DNA from: Bdellovibrio sp.
GTDB lineage: Bacteria > Bdellovibrionota > Bdellovibrionia > Bdellovibrionales > Bdellovibrionaceae
Direction: 5' to 3'
Length of the DNA: 64,000 nt
Assembly: GCA_036676395.1 (NCBI GenBank)
Contig: JAKFCY010000002.1
Location: 1,440,001-1,504,000 of the forward strand
The translations under genes and the position numbers were made by a program. This document shows, piece by piece, positions 59,329 to 64,000 of the stretch. Numbering within the stretch: the first letter of the stretch is position 1; each line of letters opens with the position of its first letter. The notes below the pieces were generated by a model. It saw only the letters and a program-made list of their open reading frames with translations, was not told where the DNA came from and did no database searches.

Positions 59329-60477
59329 GTGAAAACTCTTTTAGCCACGTTAATTTTATTTTTAGCAGCCGCACAAGCTTTTGCCTGTGATGCTGCTATT
59401 GAAAAATTCTCGCGCGATTGCGGGATGCAAGACCGTATGGCTAAAATTCGTGATGACTATGCGGCAATTGGTATCGATGTTGATGAAATCGGCGAGTACA
59501 AAGTATTACGTTTTATCGATCGTTCTTCTTGGGAAAAAGCTAAATCATTAAAAAAAGCCCCAACCGACATATATGATCCAGCTCCTGCCACTTGGCAAGT
59601 TTGGGAAAAAGGCATTGATTCACTATTTAAAGGCCAACAATTAAAAAATGTTTTATTCGGCCAAATGAATTTAGATCAAAATATTTTTTCACGCATTAAT
59701 ACTGTTTTATTAACTGATGGCATAACAAGTATTAAAGATAAAAACACTTCGCAAAGTAAAAAACCTGGTGAATTTCGTCATTATAGCGATGTTGGCGTTG
59801 GTTGGTGCGCGGGTAATGAAAATGCTAACAACTATCACCAAGGCATTCGCAAATCTGAAGATTCGATGGAACGTTTTCAAAAACGCTGGGAATCCTTAAT
59901 GGGTATTGAATTTCGTGAAATCGTTAAAAATGAAGATGGTCCGAATTGGCGCAGAGCTGATTTACAATCTGGCATGCATATATCTGAAGGAGCAACTTGC
60001 CGTGGTGGCAAAGGTGTTTTCATTGGCTACAGCGATTCTGGCCAAGTAGAAAGACAAATCGATTGGATCCGTATTTTTATTAAATCCAACTTACAAAGCT
60101 ATCAACGTGGCGAACCAAAGCTTGCGCCGGTCGAATTAGCCGCTGTTGTGCAAAAATGGTTTGTCAGCGTTCACCCTTTTGCTGACGGCAACGGCCGTAC
60201 TTCACGCGGTATACAAGAATTAATTATGGCTAATTTTGGGTTACCCTTTGTACCAGGTGGCGACTTACAAAACGATGCTATGGAAGACGTTGATGTTTAT
60301 ATCGAAAATACATATAAAAAGGTAGATTCAATGTTAACTGAACTTGAAATGTGCCTTAATAAACGTGGTGACCGGCTCATTCCAAGAGCTTGTCGCACTA
60401 TTGATGAATTAAATCATCATAGAATTTCTGATGACGAAGTCGAACAACCAGCTCAACAGATCCAAAACGGCGGTTAA
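59329..60477 (+). CDS. Secreted Fic-domain protein
   Basis: HPFADGNGRTSR canonical Fic motif; PGEFR; signal peptide from GTG 59329 behind GAAGGA. Confidence 0.88.
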   Translation: MKTLLATLILFLAAAQAFACDAAIEKFSRDCGMQDRMAKIRDDYAAIGIDVDEIGEYKVLRFIDRSSWEKAKSLKKAPTDIYDPAPATWQVWEKGIDSLFKGQQLKNVLFGQMNLDQNIFSRINTVLLTDGITSIKDKNTSQSKKPGEFRHYSDVGVGWCAGNENANNYHQGIRKSEDSMERFQKRWESLMGIEFREIVKNEDGPNWRRADLQSGMHISEGATCRGGKGVFIGYSDSGQVERQIDWIRIFIKSNLQSYQRGEPKLAPVELAAVVQKWFVSVHPFADGNGRTSRGIQELIMANFGLPFVPGGDLQNDAMEDVDVYIENTYKKVDSMLTELEMCLNKRGDRLIPRACRTIDELNHHRISDDEVEQPAQQIQNGG

Positions 60478-60573
60478 TCGTATAATCGCCCTAAAGCCTG
60501 GACTGTCGTATTGTGACACATTCCTCATGCAACATAATATAACTTATCAGAAGTTTATTGTGGTGTTCTAAAG

Positions 60574-60604
60574 GTATGATTTACAACATAAACAGTATGA
60601 TTTA
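60574..60604. repeat. Direct repeat GTATGATTTA x2, 21-bp period
   Basis: Exact 10-mer at 60574 and 60595 in the intergenic region upstream of the porin. Confidence 0.6.
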
Positions 60605-60736
60605 TCTAAGCTAATGCTGCTAAATTCGCAGAATCCTAGTTAATCTTAATAAAAGCCTAACGTGATGTTTTAAATTCATCAGGTTATGACTTCTCCAAGA
60701 CAAAAGTAAGACATCACCAATGGGAGACATTAAATC

Positions 60737-61894
60737 ATGCGCTTAATCTTATCTGTAGCAGCTTTTTTTCTAACAATTCATGCCGAAGCTCAAATAACCT
60801 CAGTCTCTGAAACAACATCCGTTTCAGCGCCATTAGCGACCGCTGAATTTACGCCTTCAAATAAATTTTCTGGAGATTTTAGATATCGTCATCAAGATAC
60901 AAAAGATGCTTCAAAGAAAAACCGCCGCGTTCATAGATTAATGTTACGTGTTGGCCAAGCATTTCAAATTCAATCTGATCTGAAATTCACCTATCGTTTA
61001 ATGACCGGAACAAATAATAACAGCGGAAATACAACCATCGCCGATGGCGGGTCAACACAAGGATCACCAAGATATACCATCGGCTTAGATCAGGCTTATG
61101 TTACTTATTTACCAGAGCAAAACTTAAGTCTTTATCTAGGAAAAATGCCACAGTTTTTTTATAGCGCCGGAAAAAACCAGGTTATTCTTGATCGTGATAT
61201 CACCCCAGAAGGCTTAGGCCTTCAATTTAAAGAGTCTTTCTTAGATAAAAAAATAGATTTGAATTTAAACTTAGCTTCGTTATGGGTGCGTGAAAAATAT
61301 AACTCAACCGCCGGCGAAGACGTTACAGATTCATTTTTAAATGTGGCTCAGGCCACCGTGGGTTACAAAATTAATTCTGACTACTCTACCCACCTTGGGC
61401 TTGGAACTTATACTTTTACAGATGTTAAAGGTTCAGCTCCAAATGATTTAACTATTCAAACAGCACCTGATTTCAAAGGTAATACTACCGATGGTTCAGG
61501 AAAATATCTTAATGAATATGAGATCTTACAAGCAAGCATTGAACTTAAATATGCTAAAGCTGCAAATGAGATTTCTGTATTTTACGAACAATTGAAAAAT
61601 GGCGGAGCCGATTCATTAAACGAAGCTACGATTTTTGGAACTACAATGTCTTATGGTAAATTCAGCTTAAGCGTAATGCGCCAAACTATTGAAAGTGATG
61701 CTGTATTAGCAATTTATGGCAGCGCAGACACAGCCGGCGGACAAACAAATTCACGTGGTAATGTTTATCTTTTTGGTTACAAATTAAATAAAAATGCTGT
61801 GATTAATTATTCACTCTATGACTTCGAAAGAAATGTCGAAACTACCCCGACTGATTACAAGGTTTCGCATATAGATTTAACTGTCGTATTTTAA
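60737..61894 (+). CDS. Putative porin (Porin_5-like outer membrane barrel)
   Basis: Signal peptide, FSGDFRYR, R.R.R, LDQAY, GKMP, D.DI.PEG, terminal Phe. Confidence 0.82.
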   Translation: MRLILSVAAFFLTIHAEAQITSVSETTSVSAPLATAEFTPSNKFSGDFRYRHQDTKDASKKNRRVHRLMLRVGQAFQIQSDLKFTYRLMTGTNNNSGNTTIADGGSTQGSPRYTIGLDQAYVTYLPEQNLSLYLGKMPQFFYSAGKNQVILDRDITPEGLGLQFKESFLDKKIDLNLNLASLWVREKYNSTAGEDVTDSFLNVAQATVGYKINSDYSTHLGLGTYTFTDVKGSAPNDLTIQTAPDFKGNTTDGSGKYLNEYEILQASIELKYAKAANEISVFYEQLKNGGADSLNEATIFGTTMSYGKFSLSVMRQTIESDAVLAIYGSADTAGGQTNSRGNVYLFGYKLNKNAVINYSLYDFERNVETTPTDYKVSHIDLTVVF

Positions 61895-62833
61895 AAGTTT
61901 ACGTGTAGCAATCAGCCCAAGCTCATGAGATGACTCAGCACTTTTGCCGTATTTAGGAAAAATCAACAACCCTGGCGCCGGAGATTTAACTTCTTCGCCG
62001 TTAGGGGTGTAGCCCAAGATCTCCCCGTCACTCACCGGCTGAAGATTTACTAGACCCGGAAGCAGCTCAGCACTTTGATTTTGTTTAGTCAGCTGATGCG
62101 TAATTTTAAAATACGGGGTTTCGGCGATAGGTTTTGGCAAAATCAAATTCGCGAAGTTCAAATAAAACAGTTTATCGCGCATCTCGCGAGCCAAGCTTTG
62201 ATCAAAACCGTTCTGACTGATCTCGATCACTAACGTTGAAATCTTTGCGTTACGGGCGAACTCTGAAAGCGTATGCCCATCACGCGAAAAGCCTTTCGCA
62301 TCAAAACAAATGATCGGCCATTCAGTACTTAAGACATGCGCCATTGAAATCATGTATTCATCTTCTGGGGCCACGACAAACGGAGTCAATGTCGCAGCTG
62401 ATGTCTGATGAAGATCGATGATTAGTTTGGGGCGCAGTTTTAGAATTGCTGCTTCGATTTGGCGAGCACGACCGTATTCGTAGGTTTTTGTGATTTCAAT
62501 ATTGATTACACCTTTTGGTTTATCTCCGGCATGAAAACTGCGGTTTAGATCTCGATCAACGAAACGCTCGTTTTTTTCGTAGGCCTTTAGGTTGTTTAGC
62601 AAGACTGCGAATGTAAATGGTGCGCTGATGTTTGATTTAATTACTTTTTCTAGAAATAGATTTACGGTTTGAAGCCCTATGACTTCGTTACCATGCGTAA
62701 GTGCTGTGAATAAGATGTCTGGTGTAGGTGACGTTGTAAAACCATAGGTATCGATTTGACTGTAACCCTGCAATACGCGGAACTGGTTATGCAGGGTTTG
62801 GAATTTGGTTAGTTCGTCGTGGTGTGAGGACAT
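61877..62833 (-). CDS. Succinylglutamate desuccinylase/aspartoacylase (M14-like) family protein
   Basis: HGNE, DLNR.F, DLHQT, IE; C-terminal biotinyl-like hairpin. Confidence 0.85.
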   Translation of the reverse strand: MSSHHDELTKFQTLHNQFRVLQGYSQIDTYGFTTSPTPDILFTALTHGNEVIGLQTVNLFLEKVIKSNISAPFTFAVLLNNLKAYEKNERFVDRDLNRSFHAGDKPKGVINIEITKTYEYGRARQIEAAILKLRPKLIIDLHQTSAATLTPFVVAPEDEYMISMAHVLSTEWPIICFDAKGFSRDGHTLSEFARNAKISTLVIEISQNGFDQSLAREMRDKLFYLNFANLILPKPIAETPYFKITHQLTKQNQSAELLPGLVNLQPVSDGEILGYTPNGEEVKSPAPGLLIFPKYGKSAESSHELGLIATRKLLKYDS

Positions 62834-62842
62834 GACACAATG

Positions 62843-64000
62843 TTAAGCTGCTTTTTGAGCTTCGTCATCATTTTCGCAATCTCTGCATTTAAAAATATAA
62901 TGGCCTTGCGCATTTGTATCTAAAAACATTACTGCGCTAGGATGTTTAGGACATTTTTGATTATCACTGCCTGCTAGACCAGAGTCGTTATCATCCCCAT
63001 CTCTTATTTGAATCTGAGGTGCTGAAATCAATTTAAATATTGAATTTGTATCCTCATCGAAACCTTTTAGATATTTACGACCAACATCTTCTGTCCAAAA
63101 TCCTGCCTCATTTACAATTGATGCCACTTTGTGATCAATTAATATTTGATTTGGCTCACCAATCGAGGTCAGACGACTCGCATATGGCAATGGAACTCCA
63201 ATAGCTGTAAAAGTTTTAAAGTACTTCTGATCACCATAAAAACCTACGTTAGCAAAACCTGTAGAAATACCAACCCGAACTTGTAACTCAGACTTCCAGT
63301 GTTTCATATAAAACGACTTATCATCTTGAATGGCCTGGACTGCTTCTAATGCAGCCATACAAGTACGAGATATAAAATCAGTTCTTGCGATTGGCATATT
63401 CGAAAAGGCTAGAACTCCGTCGCCATGAAACTTATCGATAGTTAAATCATATTTTAGAAAGGTAGTTAGAGTAGTATCTAGAAAGCGCGCTAAAGATAAC
63501 TGCATATCTTTTTCGTCTAGTTTGGTTACTTTATCTGTAGATTTAACAATATCGATAAAAATTGCGCAAATTTCCGCTCTTTTAACATCTTCATCAATAG
63601 AAATCTGACCACCACGAATAGCTTTAATAATTTGAGGCGAAAATTGCGAAGACAATTGATGTAACTTAGTGGCTTCTTCTGTTTTTTTAATGATAACTAA
63701 TTCACGCGATCTCAATTCGTTTTCCAATTCGTTCTTAGCGTGAATCTCACTATTACGAAGCTTTTCATTAAAAAAACGAATAAGGGAACAAATAACAATA
63801 GATCCAACAATGAAAAATAGATTTCCGATAGTGTTCATTTTAAATTGGCCTTTAATTATTTCTACAATAATTAAAGCTAAATAAGGAAAATAAATTCCTG
63901 CCGCTGTTATAAACAAATATTTGCGACGAAATGGAATAAAGGACAGGCCACCTATTGCTATCAGGTTTAAACCAGCATAATAAGAAGTTGATGTGTCATT
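62843..64000 (-). CDS. Membrane-anchored class III adenylate/guanylate cyclase, 5' truncated by window edge
   Basis: Frame open to base 64000; TM helices, FIDIVKST, DKFHGDG, RVGISTG, ASRL; C-terminal CxxH…CxxC. Confidence 0.88.
   Translation of the reverse strand, partial: NDTSTSYYAGLNLIAIGGLSFIPFRRKYLFITAAGIYFPYLALIIVEIIKGQFKMNTIGNLFFIVGSIVICSLIRFFNEKLRNSEIHAKNELENELRSRELVIIKKTEEATKLHQLSSQFSPQIIKAIRGGQISIDEDVKRAEICAIFIDIVKSTDKVTKLDEKDMQLSLARFLDTTLTTFLKYDLTIDKFHGDGVLAFSNMPIARTDFISRTCMAALEAVQAIQDDKSFYMKHWKSELQVRVGISTGFANVGFYGDQKYFKTFTAIGVPLPYASRLTSIGEPNQILIDHKVASIVNEAGFWTEDVGRKYLKGFDEDTNSIFKLISAPQIQIRDGDDNDSGLAGSDNQKCPKHPSAVMFLDTNAQGHYIFKCRDCENDDEAQKAA

Noticed and set aside
59329..60477. Fic gene as a classical Fic/Doc toxin-antitoxin module
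   Set aside because: Has a signal peptide, and the upstream gene is a large exported protein rather than a small antitoxin
1..64000. CRISPR array, rRNA, tRNA, prophage or intact IS
   Set aside because: No regularly spaced repeats, cloverleaf or rRNA-like stretch, integrase, phage structural gene or DDE transposase recognised by eye
62843..64000. Cyclase as Pycsar PycC
   Set aside because: Membrane-anchored with adenine-type specificity residues and no cNMP-binding TIR/TM effector adjacent within the window

Overview
AT-rich bacterial chromosomal segment, most consistent with a Bdellovibrionota predator (Pseudobdellovibrio-like). This assignment is inferred from gene content and protein style, not from a database search. 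About 66 CDSs are present, mostly housekeeping: mnmA-mtaB-rnc-era-der, purB plus a peptidoglycan-recycling cluster (ldcA, serine hydrolase, mpl), mutS, sufE, scpAB, class Ia nrdAB with an NrdR box, glyA-rpiB, the yceD-rpmF-fabH-fabD-fabG-acpP-fabF operon, leucine dehydrogenase and yfgM-bamB. No rRNA, tRNA, CRISPR array or intact mobile element was seen. The best candidate for an undescribed system is a two-gene operon at 58231-60477. It encodes two signal-peptide-bearing putative modifying enzymes: an ADP-ribosyltransferase-fold-like protein and a Fic protein with a canonical AMPylation motif. It is preceded by a sigma54-like promoter and a hairpin that hides the ribosome-binding site, and may be a prey-directed effector pair. 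Other notable signals: a recurring GTCTCA-N3-TGAGAC-like palindrome near sigma54-like promoters of secreted-protein genes, an SdpAB-like/HTTM module next to a Cys-rich lipoprotein, ScpA/ScpB with very long acidic tails, a head-to-head radical SAM / MnmD-type methyltransferase pair, and an atypical class III cyclase with a zinc ribbon.
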